This document shows, piece after piece, positions 15,701 to 24,113 of a DNA stretch of 34,612 bases (the stretch's first letter is position 1; every line of letters starts with the position of its first letter). The position numbers and the translations under genes are program-made. The notes under the pieces were generated by a model. That model worked only from the letters and a program-made list of their open reading frames with translations, did no database searches and was not told where the DNA came from. Source of the DNA: a virus. The stretch lies in UHGV virus genome UHGV-0271976; one strand, written 5' to 3'.

Positions 15701-16664
15701 GCAGTTGGCCGGGCCAGCACCAACTGGTCCCCGGCCTGTTATCAATAACATGAATGTGAATACCAATAACATGAATACCCCTACAACAGAATCCCTGACT
15801 TTACAAGAGCAAGGACAGCAACTGTCCGTACTGGGAGCGTTTGCCAACAGTGAACAGTTCCAGATGGCGAAGCAGGCCGCCGAGATGCTTGCATCTTCCA
15901 GCATGGTGCCGACCACCTACCAGAATAACCCCGGTTCCTGCTTCATCGCCCTGAATACAGCCCTGCGGCTGCGGATGGATCCGCTGATGGTGATGCAGAA
16001 TTTATACGTCGTGCACGGAACTCCTTCCTGGTCGGGCAAGTTTGCCATCGCTCTTATTCAGACTTGCGGAAAGTTTAACGGCATCAAGTTCGAGGAACGC
16101 CGCGATGGAGAAAGGCTGGTTGGCATGCGCCTGGTGGCCACGAAGAAGGAAACCGGCGAAGAGGTCCGCGGCGTATGGGTGACGGAGGAAGTGGCGGATA
16201 AGGAAGGATGGCTGAAGAAGAATGGCAGCAAGTGGGTATCTATACCGGAATTGATGTACAGGTACAGGGCCGCGGCGTTTTTCGCCCGGACGGAGTGCCC
16301 GGAAGTCCTGAACGGGTTGAGCGTGGAGGGAGAGGCGGAAGATATTGCCGGCAAGAGCCAGCCGGATATTAAGCCGCCCCTGTTCAAGTCCAGGGAGATT
16401 TCCGGGGGCGACGTTGTGGATGCCGAGAAGGTTGCTGACTCCCCGCGGCAGCTGGGAGACGCGGAGGTTCCCGGCAAAGGCGACGTAGAAGTTCCGCCGC
16501 CCCACATCCGGCTGATGGAAGTTCTTTCCTGTACGGAAGATCAACTGAACAAGGCTATTGCGAAGGCCAGCGGCGACAAGGTGAAGGGATGGCACGAACT
16601 GAATGACAAGCAGAAGGAAAAGCTGGCGGCCAATCCTGACAAGCTGCAACCCTTTATCGGATAG
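15690..16664 (+). CDS. recT: RecT-family single-strand annealing protein
   Basis: The ATG at 15690 overlaps the upstream stop. The sequence ...MLASSSMVPTTYQNNPGSCFIALNTALRLRMDPLMVMQNLYVVHGTPSWSGKFAIALIQTCGKFNGIKFE... follows the RecT/Bet pattern. A PD-(D/E)XK exonuclease gene follows directly. Confidence 0.75.
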   Translation: MFNEQLAGPAPTGPRPVINNMNVNTNNMNTPTTESLTLQEQGQQLSVLGAFANSEQFQMAKQAAEMLASSSMVPTTYQNNPGSCFIALNTALRLRMDPLMVMQNLYVVHGTPSWSGKFAIALIQTCGKFNGIKFEERRDGERLVGMRLVATKKETGEEVRGVWVTEEVADKEGWLKKNGSKWVSIPELMYRYRAAAFFARTECPEVLNGLSVEGEAEDIAGKSQPDIKPPLFKSREISGGDVVDAEKVADSPRQLGDAEVPGKGDVEVPPPHIRLMEVLSCTEDQLNKAIAKASGDKVKGWHELNDKQKEKLAANPDKLQPFIG

Positions 16665-16679
16665 GAAGGAGACGACAAC

Positions 16680-17882
16680 ATGACCGATACTGTTGAAGAT
16701 GTACGTAAAGGGCTGCCCTCCGCGTCCGCGTTTGGACGTCTGGCTTTATGCCCAGGCTCGTTTACGATGGAGAAGTCCTGTCCCGACGAGAGTTCCGAGG
16801 CTGCCGCAGAAGGCACGCTGTTGCACCGCTATATGGAGTATCTTCTTTTGAAGGATGATGCAGCCGAAGAAGGAATGGAGTTTTCCTGGCATGATTTTCT
16901 GAATAGCCGGGAGTATGAGTCTGCCGAGCTGAATCATGAGCAGGTGGAGCTTTGCGGACGTGCTCTGCGTCTGCTGGATGATGTGAAAGAGAGGATCCTG
17001 GATTATCCCGATGCTTTTTTTTCTCTTGTATCCACCGAAGAACGCCGTTTCTTGTCCGACTGGATTGAAGGGGGCGAGTATTCCGGACAGTGGGACGCAC
17101 TGTTCAGAGTTGGAGTGGATCTTCTGGTACTGGATTGGAAGTTTGGCCGCGTGGCTGTGGATTCCGCCGAGGCCAACCGTCAGCTTGAAGCCCTGGTTCC
17201 GCTGGCGGCTCAAAAAGCCAATGAAGAGGGGATTATTTACAATGGCATTTACGCGGCTATCATCCAGCCACGGGTGGCTGGTCCGGCATCTGTTACGTTT
17301 TACGATGACGAGGCGATTAGCCAGGCCGAACAGGATTCTCTTGCCGTCGCCAGGGCAGCTATGGACCCGGACGCCCCGCGCTATTGCAGTGAGGCAGCCT
17401 GCCGGTATTGCCGGGCCAAGGCGGTGTGCCACGAGGCCGCGGCCATGGTGGAGCAGGCTTCCCTGATCGCTACGGACCGGGATAAGTGGGAGCTGTTTTC
17501 CCCTACCGAGAAGGTTCAGGCTTACCACCTGGCGAAGACGGCAAAGAAATGGGCGGCTGCTGTGGATTACCGGTTTGAACAGGATGTGGCCGCCGGCCTG
17601 ATTCCCGGTTTTGAGATGGCGCCCGGACGCACCAGTTTCACGGTGACGGATCCTTCCGGGGCGTTTTCCGCGCTGAATGCCGAGTTCCCGGACGAGGTGA
17701 CGGCGGAAGCGTTTGCCGGGTGCTGCAAGGTCGGCATCACGGAATTGAACAGACTGGTTCACGCGGCCCGTAAAGCGGCGGATCCGAAGGCGACCACGAA
17801 GGCCAGCCGCGAATGGCTGCGGCAGTTGCTGGCGGAGTATGGCGAATCGAAAACCACGAAGGGATCCGTGAAGGAGATTTGA
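16680..17882 (+). CDS. Cas4-like PD-(D/E)XK exonuclease with a 4-Cys (Fe-S) cluster; partner of RecT
   Basis: The nuclease core is QWDALFRVGVDLLVLDWKFG (D...D-x-K). An N-terminal Cys (LALCPGS) pairs with the C-terminal C-x5-C-x2-C-x5-C (CSEAACRYCRAKAVC), as in Cas4/AddB-type nucleases. Confidence 0.7.
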   Translation: MTDTVEDVRKGLPSASAFGRLALCPGSFTMEKSCPDESSEAAAEGTLLHRYMEYLLLKDDAAEEGMEFSWHDFLNSREYESAELNHEQVELCGRALRLLDDVKERILDYPDAFFSLVSTEERRFLSDWIEGGEYSGQWDALFRVGVDLLVLDWKFGRVAVDSAEANRQLEALVPLAAQKANEEGIIYNGIYAAIIQPRVAGPASVTFYDDEAISQAEQDSLAVARAAMDPDAPRYCSEAACRYCRAKAVCHEAAAMVEQASLIATDRDKWELFSPTEKVQAYHLAKTAKKWAAAVDYRFEQDVAAGLIPGFEMAPGRTSFTVTDPSGAFSALNAEFPDEVTAEAFAGCCKVGITELNRLVHAARKAADPKATTKASREWLRQLLAEYGESKTTKGSVKEI

Positions 17883-17919
17883 GAATACCCCCCCTTTTAA
17901 CCATCAACCATTTCATACC

Positions 17920-18420
17920 ATGCAAAAAATCAAAAAAGTTTATCTGGTCCCGTCCGTGGGAGAAAACATTCTGGCCTTCACCAATTTTTCCGGGGCCTGG
18001 AAAAACGTTTGCCAGCACCCTGACCGTTGCGTTTACACGGCCAAGGGGAAGCTGGCCGCCCGTTACGCCTCCCTGCTCGTCCAGCCCACCGTGCTGACGG
18101 CATGCGAGGATGAACCGTCAGATCCCCACATGGAAAAGCTCCAGGGAGAGATTGACGCCGTGTCCAGGGCTGTAGTGGAGTCCTGCAACCTCAAGAAGTA
18201 CGACAAGATCAGGCAAGAGGCTATTGAAGCCTCCGTTCCGCTGTCTATGAGCTTTTCCGTCAAGGTGGATTACCGTAAGTGCCGGGCGGATGCCAGCATG
18301 AGCGGAAGTATCAAGGTCAAAGGTGAGGGCGTTGCCCTGCTGCCGGATGACAGCCAGCCGGAATTTGATTTCGACGAAGAAGAACAGGAAGGAGAAGAAG
18401 ACGATGATGAAGGTTTTTAA
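17920..18420 (+). CDS. Hypothetical protein with a strongly acidic C-terminal tail ending in an aromatic residue (SSB-Ct-like)
   Basis: The C-terminus is ...DDSQPEFDFDEEEQEGEEDDDEGF. The body does not look like an OB-fold SSB. It sits between the exonuclease and RusA. Confidence 0.3.
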   Translation: MQKIKKVYLVPSVGENILAFTNFSGAWKNVCQHPDRCVYTAKGKLAARYASLLVQPTVLTACEDEPSDPHMEKLQGEIDAVSRAVVESCNLKKYDKIRQEAIEASVPLSMSFSVKVDYRKCRADASMSGSIKVKGEGVALLPDDSQPEFDFDEEEQEGEEDDDEGF

Positions 18421-18853
18421 GAACAAGCTGCTTTTGTCCGTCGTTCTTCGTCATCCGGATAAAGCGCTGCATCCTAATAACAGCATGCCCCTCTCTTCGA
18501 GGGGGGCAAAAATTGCCAACCAGATTAAAATCGACGCCAAGAAGAAGGCCCGCGGCCTGGCAAAGCTCAAGGCCATTGAGGCTGGGGCCAAAAGACTGCC
18601 CATGCACCCCAATGCCTATCGCATTTACTGGTTTTTCCAGACTGGCCGCGGGCCTGATGGCGATAATTGCGGAGCTGTCTGCAAAGCCTACATGGACGGG
18701 ATTTGCCAAGCCATAGGCATGGATGACCGTCATCTTGAATTTTTGGGTGTCAAGGTTGTCCGTGACCGGGCGAGGACTGGTTATCTGGCTATCAATTTTT
18801 ATGATCGTATTCTAGTGGATGCGGATAGAAAGGATGTCAGCAATGAGAACTGA
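18404..18853 (+). CDS. rusA: RusA-family Holliday junction resolvase
   Basis: The start at the tandem ATG at 18404 overlaps the upstream stop. ...PDGDNCGAVCKAYMDGICQAIGMDDRHL... aligns with RusA's [27 protein letters not shown] catalytic Asp/Lys block. Confidence 0.7.
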   Translation: MMKVFKNKLLLSVVLRHPDKALHPNNSMPLSSRGAKIANQIKIDAKKKARGLAKLKAIEAGAKRLPMHPNAYRIYWFFQTGRGPDGDNCGAVCKAYMDGICQAIGMDDRHLEFLGVKVVRDRARTGYLAINFYDRILVDADRKDVSNEN

Positions 18854-19049
18854 ACTGAATTTCGAAGAAGGGATGAATCTGATAACCACCTTGCCCGAAA
18901 GCGGGCTGCTGCGCGTTGAATTCTCCATCCGGCACTGTTTAGAATATCCAGAAGATGCGCAAAAATTGGCCCGGCACTTTAGGTTTTGCGCTGCACACTT
19001 GGATTCTTTGGCAGAAATCATGCAGAAGAAAGGAGGGGCGGAACAGTGA
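18843..19049 (+). CDS. Hypothetical small protein
   Basis: The ATG at 18843 overlaps the rusA 3' end. The 68-aa product is MRTELNFEEGMNLITTLPESGLL.... Confidence 0.3.
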   Translation: MRTELNFEEGMNLITTLPESGLLRVEFSIRHCLEYPEDAQKLARHFRFCAAHLDSLAEIMQKKGGAEQ

Positions 19050-19252
19050 AAACGACTTACGATGTTATTATTTGGATTGCCACGATAAACAGAGAAACAC
19101 ACCTGATTGAACCGAAAGATATTTTAATTGCTCACGGTTTGAGAACAAAGCATTCCGCCCGGAAATACATTGAATTTTATAAGGAAGAATACGACCAGAA
19201 AGGAAATAAGTATGAAATCCGCGTGTCAGATGGAAAGGAGGGGGAATCATGA
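19046..19252 (+). CDS. Hypothetical small AT-rich protein translationally coupled to the C5 methyltransferase
   Basis: GTG at 19046 overlaps the upstream TGA. The 68-aa gene has ~38% GC. Its 3' end supplies the GGAAAGGAGGGGGAATC SD for the methyltransferase (ATGA overlap at 19249-19252). Confidence 0.3.
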   Translation: MKTTYDVIIWIATINRETHLIEPKDILIAHGLRTKHSARKYIEFYKEEYDQKGNKYEIRVSDGKEGES

Positions 19253-20772
19253 AATACCTTTCCGTCTGCTCCGGCATTGAGGCCGCCTCCGTGGCTTGGG
19301 AATCCCTGGGATGGGAACCCGTGGCCTTTTCAGAAATCGAACCCTTTCCGTCCGCCGTACTCGCCGAGCGGTTCCCGGGCGTTCCCAACCTCGGCGATAT
19401 GACCAGATATGAACAATGGAATATACCAGCAATTAACCTTTTGGTCGGAGGAACCCCCTGCCAGGCGTTCAGCGTCGCCGGAAAGCGAGGCAGCCTCGCC
19501 GACGACCGGGGAAACCTGTGTCTCACCTTCTGCCGCATGGCGGACCATTTCAAGCCCAAGTGGGTGCTGTGGGAAAACGTTCCCGGAGTCCTTTCCACGC
19601 CGGATAATGCGTTTGGATGCTTCCTGGGCGCTCTTTGCGGAGCTGACGCCCCCGTCATCCCTCCAGGGGGAGGGAGGAAGCACCCCAATAGCGGTGTGGT
19701 GGCCGGACCCAAAAGAACCGTGGCGTGGAGGGTGCTTGACGCCCAATGGCACCGAGTTCCCCAGCGAAGAAAACGTGTGTTTGTCCTGGCTGTGGCAGGC
19801 GCTGGAAACTGGGCCAGTGCCGACGCGCTTTTACCTGTCGGCGAGCGCGTGCCGGGGAATCTTGAGGCGTGCCGAAAGGCGTGGCAAGAAGCTGCCGGAA
19901 ATGCTGGAAGCCGCATTGAAGGCTCGCATTGGGATGGAGAGAGAGTCCATCCCACCTTGTACGCCCACAAGTCAGGAGTCGGCTTGAGCGACCAGGAGAT
20001 TTTCAGCCAGCGCGGGGCTTATCTGGTGCCCGATGTGGCGCCCACCCTTGACGGCAGCTATGGCGACAAATGGACGGGCGATCAGTATTGTTTTCGTGAT
20101 GGATTTTTTGTCTATGAAAACCACGCTCAGGATTCCCGCGTCCGAGAAATGGGAGATGTCTGCTCCACCGTGTCGGCCAAGTACGGCACAGGGGGCGGCA
20201 ATACGCCGATTGTGGTATTTACCCAAAACGACGCGGGACGGGATGCCTCTATTGACGTGGCTCCGACATTGCGGAGCGGTCATGGCGGCGGAGCCGTCAA
20301 TCAATGCGTGTGCCTGCCTGTGGACATACGCAACGCCATACGGCAGAGCGATAACGACGTGACCGGGAAAGGCTGGGGAGACGTGGGAGACCCCATGTAC
20401 ACCCTGACGGCGGGCGGTAATACTCCGGGGGTGTGTTGCATCCAAGGTGATATCGCGGCAGGCCGAAGAGGGGCCCAGCATGGGATGGGAGTTTGTGAGG
20501 ATGTATCGTTTTCATTGCTCACGTCCTCGCCTCATTGCGTGGCCTACAATTATGTCGTGCGCCGCCTGACACCGCGGGAGTGCGAGCGTTTGCAGGGCTT
20601 CCCGGATGACTGGACACTGATACCGTGGAGGGGCAAACCCGCTGCGGATTGCCCGGACAGTCACCGCTATAAGGCCGTAGGTAACAGCATGGCCGTGCCC
20701 GTCATGTGGTACATTGGCCGGAGAATTCAGATTGTGGAAAGGAGACATTATGAAGGACTGGACAGGGAATAA
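19249..20772 (+). CDS. DNA (cytosine-5)-methyltransferase with a very large variable region (orphan; no restriction partner seen)
   Basis: Motif I-like LSVCSGIE, motif IV GGTPCQAFSVAGKR, motif VI VLWENVPGV and the C-terminal motif X AVGNSMAVPV are all present. The region between motifs VIII and IX is roughly 300 aa in a 507-aa protein. Confidence 0.9.
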   Translation: MKYLSVCSGIEAASVAWESLGWEPVAFSEIEPFPSAVLAERFPGVPNLGDMTRYEQWNIPAINLLVGGTPCQAFSVAGKRGSLADDRGNLCLTFCRMADHFKPKWVLWENVPGVLSTPDNAFGCFLGALCGADAPVIPPGGGRKHPNSGVVAGPKRTVAWRVLDAQWHRVPQRRKRVFVLAVAGAGNWASADALLPVGERVPGNLEACRKAWQEAAGNAGSRIEGSHWDGERVHPTLYAHKSGVGLSDQEIFSQRGAYLVPDVAPTLDGSYGDKWTGDQYCFRDGFFVYENHAQDSRVREMGDVCSTVSAKYGTGGGNTPIVVFTQNDAGRDASIDVAPTLRSGHGGGAVNQCVCLPVDIRNAIRQSDNDVTGKGWGDVGDPMYTLTAGGNTPGVCCIQGDIAAGRRGAQHGMGVCEDVSFSLLTSSPHCVAYNYVVRRLTPRECERLQGFPDDWTLIPWRGKPAADCPDSHRYKAVGNSMAVPVMWYIGRRIQIVERRHYEGLDRE

Positions 20773-21352
20773 AAGGACGCTTGGCGCTACGCTGGGAGCA
20801 TCCTATCTCGCCACCGGTGAAAGGCCGAGGGAAGATTATTACGCCACGCACCCGGACATGGTGAGAGAGCTGCTCAACGCTGGCGCGCCTCTCCGTCAGC
20901 GGGTATGGGAACCGGCCTGCGGGGCCGGCCACATTGTCAATGTCCTGCGGGAGCGGGGGCATGAAGTCTGTGCAACCGATATCGTTGATAGGGGATGCCC
21001 TGATTCCAGCGTGCTAGATTTCTTATGGGAGTTTTCCGCTGCGCCGATGGGTGACGTGGACATTATGACCAATCCCCCCTATGCCACGGCCCTCGAATTT
21101 GTTGAGCGTGCGCTTGCCTGCGTCAATGATGGAGCCAATGTCTGGATGCTTTTGCGCCTCCAGTTTTTAGAGGGCAAGGCCCGGCGCCGTCTATATGACG
21201 TAGCGCCGCCCGCGGACGTGTGGGTGTTTTCCGAACGCCGGACCTGTGCCAAGAACGGGGATTTTTCCAAAACCGAAGGCGGAGCCATTGCCTACGCTTG
21301 GTTTCATTGGATTAAAAACCACCGTAGAGACTGCATTATTAAATGGTTATGA
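20750..21352 (+). CDS. Small NPPY-motif DNA methyltransferase (N6-adenine or N4-cytosine; phage orphan type)
   Basis: The AdoMet motif VWEPACGAGHIV is followed by DIMTNPPYA. The likely start, ATG at 20750, overlaps the C5-MTase 3' end by 23 nt. Confidence 0.7.
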   Translation: MKDWTGNKRTLGATLGASYLATGERPREDYYATHPDMVRELLNAGAPLRQRVWEPACGAGHIVNVLRERGHEVCATDIVDRGCPDSSVLDFLWEFSAAPMGDVDIMTNPPYATALEFVERALACVNDGANVWMLLRLQFLEGKARRRLYDVAPPADVWVFSERRTCAKNGDFSKTEGGAIAYAWFHWIKNHRRDCIIKWL

Positions 21353-21382
21353 ACTACAACCCCCAACTGACACTTTTTTGAT

Positions 21383-22150
21383 ATGGCCGGAGACTGGATC
21401 AAGGTGGAACACACGACACCGGACAAACCCGAAGTGGTGAAGCTGGCCGGCATCCTTGGAATTGATCAGGATGCCGTTGTCGGCAAGCTGCTTCGCCTCT
21501 GGATTTGGGCTGATCAACAATCCGTTTCTGGTAACGCCATTACCGTTACAAATTCGTTTCTCGACCGTCTCGTATTCTGCCCCGGCTTTGCTGCTGGGCT
21601 TGTCAAAGTCGGCTGGTTGAATGGACGCGAGGGCCTCCTTTCAATCCCCAATTTTGACCGCCACAACGGCCAATCCGCCAAGAATAGGGCCAATACGAAC
21701 CGCCGTGTTGCGAATAGCAGAAAAGCTCATCATGAGCGAGTTGCAAAAACATGTAACGAAAATGTAACGCTCGAACCGTTACAAAAACCGTTACCAGAGA
21801 AGAGAAGAGAAGATAATACTACTACTACAACTACAACCGGGCGCGAGGTTTGCCAATTTCCGAAGGACGTTTCCGAGGTTGACCGTTTTATGGACGCCCA
21901 GGTTCTGCACCCGCTTGGAGACGAGCTGACCCGGTGCGCGGAACGGTTTTTCAACGAACAGTCCGCCGTTGGATGGCGAAACCGGCACGGCGTCCCCCTG
22001 GCGGACTGGCGGCCCATGGCTCGCCAATACGCTGCCACCTGGGCCCGGAACAATGCGGACGCGCCCGGTCTGAAACCCGCCAATACCGTGGGAACCAAGC
22101 CAAAATCAACGACTAAACCATCAAGAAGAGATGACCTCTGGAAAGATTGA
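21383..22150 (+). CDS. Phage replisome-organizer-like replication initiation protein
   Basis: The N-terminus (W.KVEHTTPDKPEVVKLAGILGIDQDAVVGKLLRLWIWADQQ) resembles the phage replisome organizer N-domain. It holds an in-frame Thr7 run encoded by (ACT/ACA)7. It overlaps the DnaC-like gene. Confidence 0.5.
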   Translation: MAGDWIKVEHTTPDKPEVVKLAGILGIDQDAVVGKLLRLWIWADQQSVSGNAITVTNSFLDRLVFCPGFAAGLVKVGWLNGREGLLSIPNFDRHNGQSAKNRANTNRRVANSRKAHHERVAKTCNENVTLEPLQKPLPEKRREDNTTTTTTTGREVCQFPKDVSEVDRFMDAQVLHPLGDELTRCAERFFNEQSAVGWRNRHGVPLADWRPMARQYAATWARNNADAPGLKPANTVGTKPKSTTKPSRRDDLWKD

Positions 22151-22871
22151 CGAACCCATTAAACCCCAGGGAGGACTGAAAGGAGTTAATCTTGAAAGCC
22201 TCTTGGAATCCATCACCCTGCTTGCCGAGGACGACGGAAGAAGCATTGAAGAGCTGGAAGCGGAAGCGCTGGCTGCTGAAAAGCAGCGGGAAGAAGAACG
22301 CCGGGCGGCATACGAACGCCTGGGCCTGATTGATCGCGGCTTTCCCCGACGCGCTATTGATTGTCTCGACGAAGTAACTGGGGATCCATGGAAGAAAGCC
22401 CTCCGTGACTCCTACCGCCTCGTTTTAACCCCTGGGAGCATCATTGTGCTGAACGGTCGATACGGCACCGGGAAAACGGTATTGAGCACGTTTCTTGGAC
22501 GCATCATGTACAGGCGAAAGAAGCGCGTACTCTATACCAAGGCCTATGATTACACGATGGCCTTGAGAGAGACGTTTGACGGCAACGGCTTAGAATCCGA
22601 TGTCATGAAGCGATACAAGGCGCCGTATCTTCTGGTGCTGGACGAGTATCACGAGGTCAAGGACACGGACTTTGCAGGCGCTGCGCTGGAACGGCTCATT
22701 GACTACCGGCACCAGAACGGCAAACCGACCATCATCATCGCCAACTACAGCCCCGCCGCCCTTGAAGATCGACTCGGGCCGGCCATTGTTTCCCGCATCC
22801 ACCTTTGCGGCACCATCATTACCTGCAATTGGACATCCTACCGCGAAATCAACTACCATCCCCGGGAATAG
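22131..22871 (+). CDS. DnaC/IstB-like AAA+ helicase loader
   Basis: Walker A is LNGRYGTGKTV and Walker B is LLVLDEYHE. The size is ~245 aa and it sits directly after the initiator. Confidence 0.8.
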   Translation: MTSGKIDEPIKPQGGLKGVNLESLLESITLLAEDDGRSIEELEAEALAAEKQREEERRAAYERLGLIDRGFPRRAIDCLDEVTGDPWKKALRDSYRLVLTPGSIIVLNGRYGTGKTVLSTFLGRIMYRRKKRVLYTKAYDYTMALRETFDGNGLESDVMKRYKAPYLLVLDEYHEVKDTDFAGAALERLIDYRHQNGKPTIIIANYSPAALEDRLGPAIVSRIHLCGTIITCNWTSYREINYHPRE

Positions 22872-22905
22872 CCCTGGAATCTCGTATACCCTGGAATCTC
22901 GTATA
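22872..22905. repeat. Perfect tandem direct repeat 2 x 17 bp (CCCTGGAATCTCGTATA)
   Basis: I read it directly. It exactly fills the gap between the convergent stops of the DnaC-like gene (TAG at 22869-22871) and the Cro-like gene (ORF end 22909). Confidence 0.85.
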
Positions 22906-22908
22906 GGT

Positions 22909-23109
22909 CTATTCGTCCGGCAATCCGTGACGGGTGATTAGCTCCATCAACAGCTCCATGGAAGGACTCGTTTTTCTGGACCCGCCCAACCATTGCCACA
23001 CCGCCATTTCCGTCACACGCAACATTTGCGCAGCCTTTTTGACCGCAGAAGTTTTGGATCGCAAATGGTATCTGGACTGCACCCAATCAACAAATTCTTG
23101 AATAGTCAT
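22909..23109 (-). CDS. Cro/YdaS-like HTH regulator
   Basis: This 66-aa protein contains ...AAQMLRVTEMAVWQWLGGSRKTSPSMELLMELITRHG, which matches the YdaS/Cro pattern (DNA-binding, with SPSM). Confidence 0.5.
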   Translation of the reverse strand: MTIQEFVDWVQSRYHLRSKTSAVKKAAQMLRVTEMAVWQWLGGSRKTSPSMELLMELITRHGLPDE

Positions 23110-23116
23110 AGCTGTG

Positions 23117-23140
23117 CCAGGGCGGCATGCACCGCCCTGG
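23117..23140. promoter_or_regulatory. 9-bp perfect inverted repeat 8 nt upstream of the Cro-like start codon
   Basis: CCAGGGCGG-catgca-CCGCCCTGG. No U-tract follows it on either strand. It overlaps the expected RBS of the Cro-like gene. Confidence 0.4.
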
Positions 23141-23148
23141 AATCATGG

Positions 23149-23370
23149 TTAGAGGGCTTCAACGCGGTCGGAGTCCTGGAACCAGTTAAGGTTTTCCGGG
23201 TCTATCTCTTCACCTTTCACCTGCGTGAAAGTCATGAAGATTTCCACGGGGTTTCCGTTTTCGTCGTATCCGGGCGCGGAGTATTCCTCGGTGTATTCGT
23301 CCCCGTCTTCCGCGTCGTTGTAGCATCCGGCAAAAAGACGATTGGTTAATTCCATTTGGCGAGCAGTCAA
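23149..23370 (-). CDS. Small acidic protein of a low-GC Firmicutes-type cassette
   Basis: The 73-aa ORF has ~50% GC in a ~60% backbone. Its sequence style matches small ORFs of Clostridiales ICEs and transposons. Recognition is weak. Confidence 0.35.
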   Translation of the reverse strand: MTARQMELTNRLFAGCYNDAEDGDEYTEEYSAPGYDENGNPVEIFMTFTQVKGEEIDPENLNWFQDSDRVEAL

Positions 23371-23423
23371 AACATCGGATGTAAGCTCGACATTTTGACC
23401 GCATATCGCCCCTAACTGTTACA

Positions 23424-23735
23424 TTATTCCGTCCGGCTCTTGAACCCGGTTTGCTTTGCGCTCTCGCTTGCTTTCCGTCTGCGTTCTTCGCTGTACGGTG
23501 CTTGCAGTCGGATAGACAGTCTGGACTTGTCCAGCACATAGATCACGCCGCCCTGGGCGAAGGATTTTTCCAAGCAGCAAAGGTCGGGGTGTTTCTTGCT
23601 GAACGCTGCCAGCCGCTTTCGCAGTCCGGCATTGTAGGTCTGGATGTGGGCGGTGTCCTCGCCCTCGTTGAACAGGATAATGGTCTCTTTCTCATACTTT
23701 GTCAGGGTCATATTCGTCATCCTCCCATTCCTCAT
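23424..23735 (-). CDS. Small conserved-hypothetical-type protein of the low-GC cassette
   Basis: This 103-aa ORF (MTLTKYEKETIILFNEGEDTAHIQTYNAGLRKRLAAF...) recalls small proteins that accompany serine recombinases in gut Firmicutes mobile elements. That link rests on memory only. Confidence 0.35.
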   Translation of the reverse strand: MRNGRMTNMTLTKYEKETIILFNEGEDTAHIQTYNAGLRKRLAAFSKKHPDLCCLEKSFAQGGVIYVLDKSRLSIRLQAPYSEERRRKASESAKQTGFKSRTE

Positions 23736-24021
23736 TGTATTCCATGCCGTCCTTGCAATCCTCTGCCGGACAGCCTCTCACGATGCGCTCAAAAGCCTTT
23801 TCGTAGCGCAGATATGCTTCCATCTCTAAGCGGAGATTGAAGAACATACAGCGATACCAACGGTCGGCGGTCGGGGTGTTCATTTCTCTTGCGATTGCAA
23901 GGAAGAATCGCTTTACGGCAGGATCGGGGGCAAGCTCTGCCAGCGTACAGAAACGGTTGACCGTTGCTTCACGGTCAGGGCTGCCAAAGGCGTACAGTGC
24001 TTTCTTCTGGTTCATTGTCAT
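23692..24021 (-). CDS. Small TnpV-like(?) protein of the low-GC cassette
   Basis: This 109-aa ORF (...ATVNRFCTLAELAPDPAVKRFFLAIAREMNTPTADRWYRCMFFNLRLEMEAY...) resembles Tn4451-family accessory proteins, from memory only. It overlaps the previous ORF by 44 nt. Confidence 0.3.
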   Translation of the reverse strand: MTMNQKKALYAFGSPDREATVNRFCTLAELAPDPAVKRFFLAIAREMNTPTADRWYRCMFFNLRLEMEAYLRYEKAFERIVRGCPAEDCKDGMEYNEEWEDDEYDPDKV

Positions 24022-24113
24022 AGTTTTGTTCTCCTTTGATTTGATAAAATAAAAGCGGCAGGGACTTCACAAGGAAATACCTGTCGCTTTGCTGACGATA
24101 TAAAATTGTTGGG

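Noticed and set aside
17920-18420. Canonical SSB
   Set aside because: Only the acidic tail resembles SSB. The N-terminal sequence lacks the OB-fold hallmarks, so I kept it as a hypothetical protein with an SSB-Ct-like tail.
23117-23140. Rho-independent terminator between the 73-aa ORF and the Cro-like gene
   Set aside because: The perfect 9-bp hairpin has no U-tract on either strand and sits 8 nt from the Cro-like start. An operator or translational-control element is more plausible.
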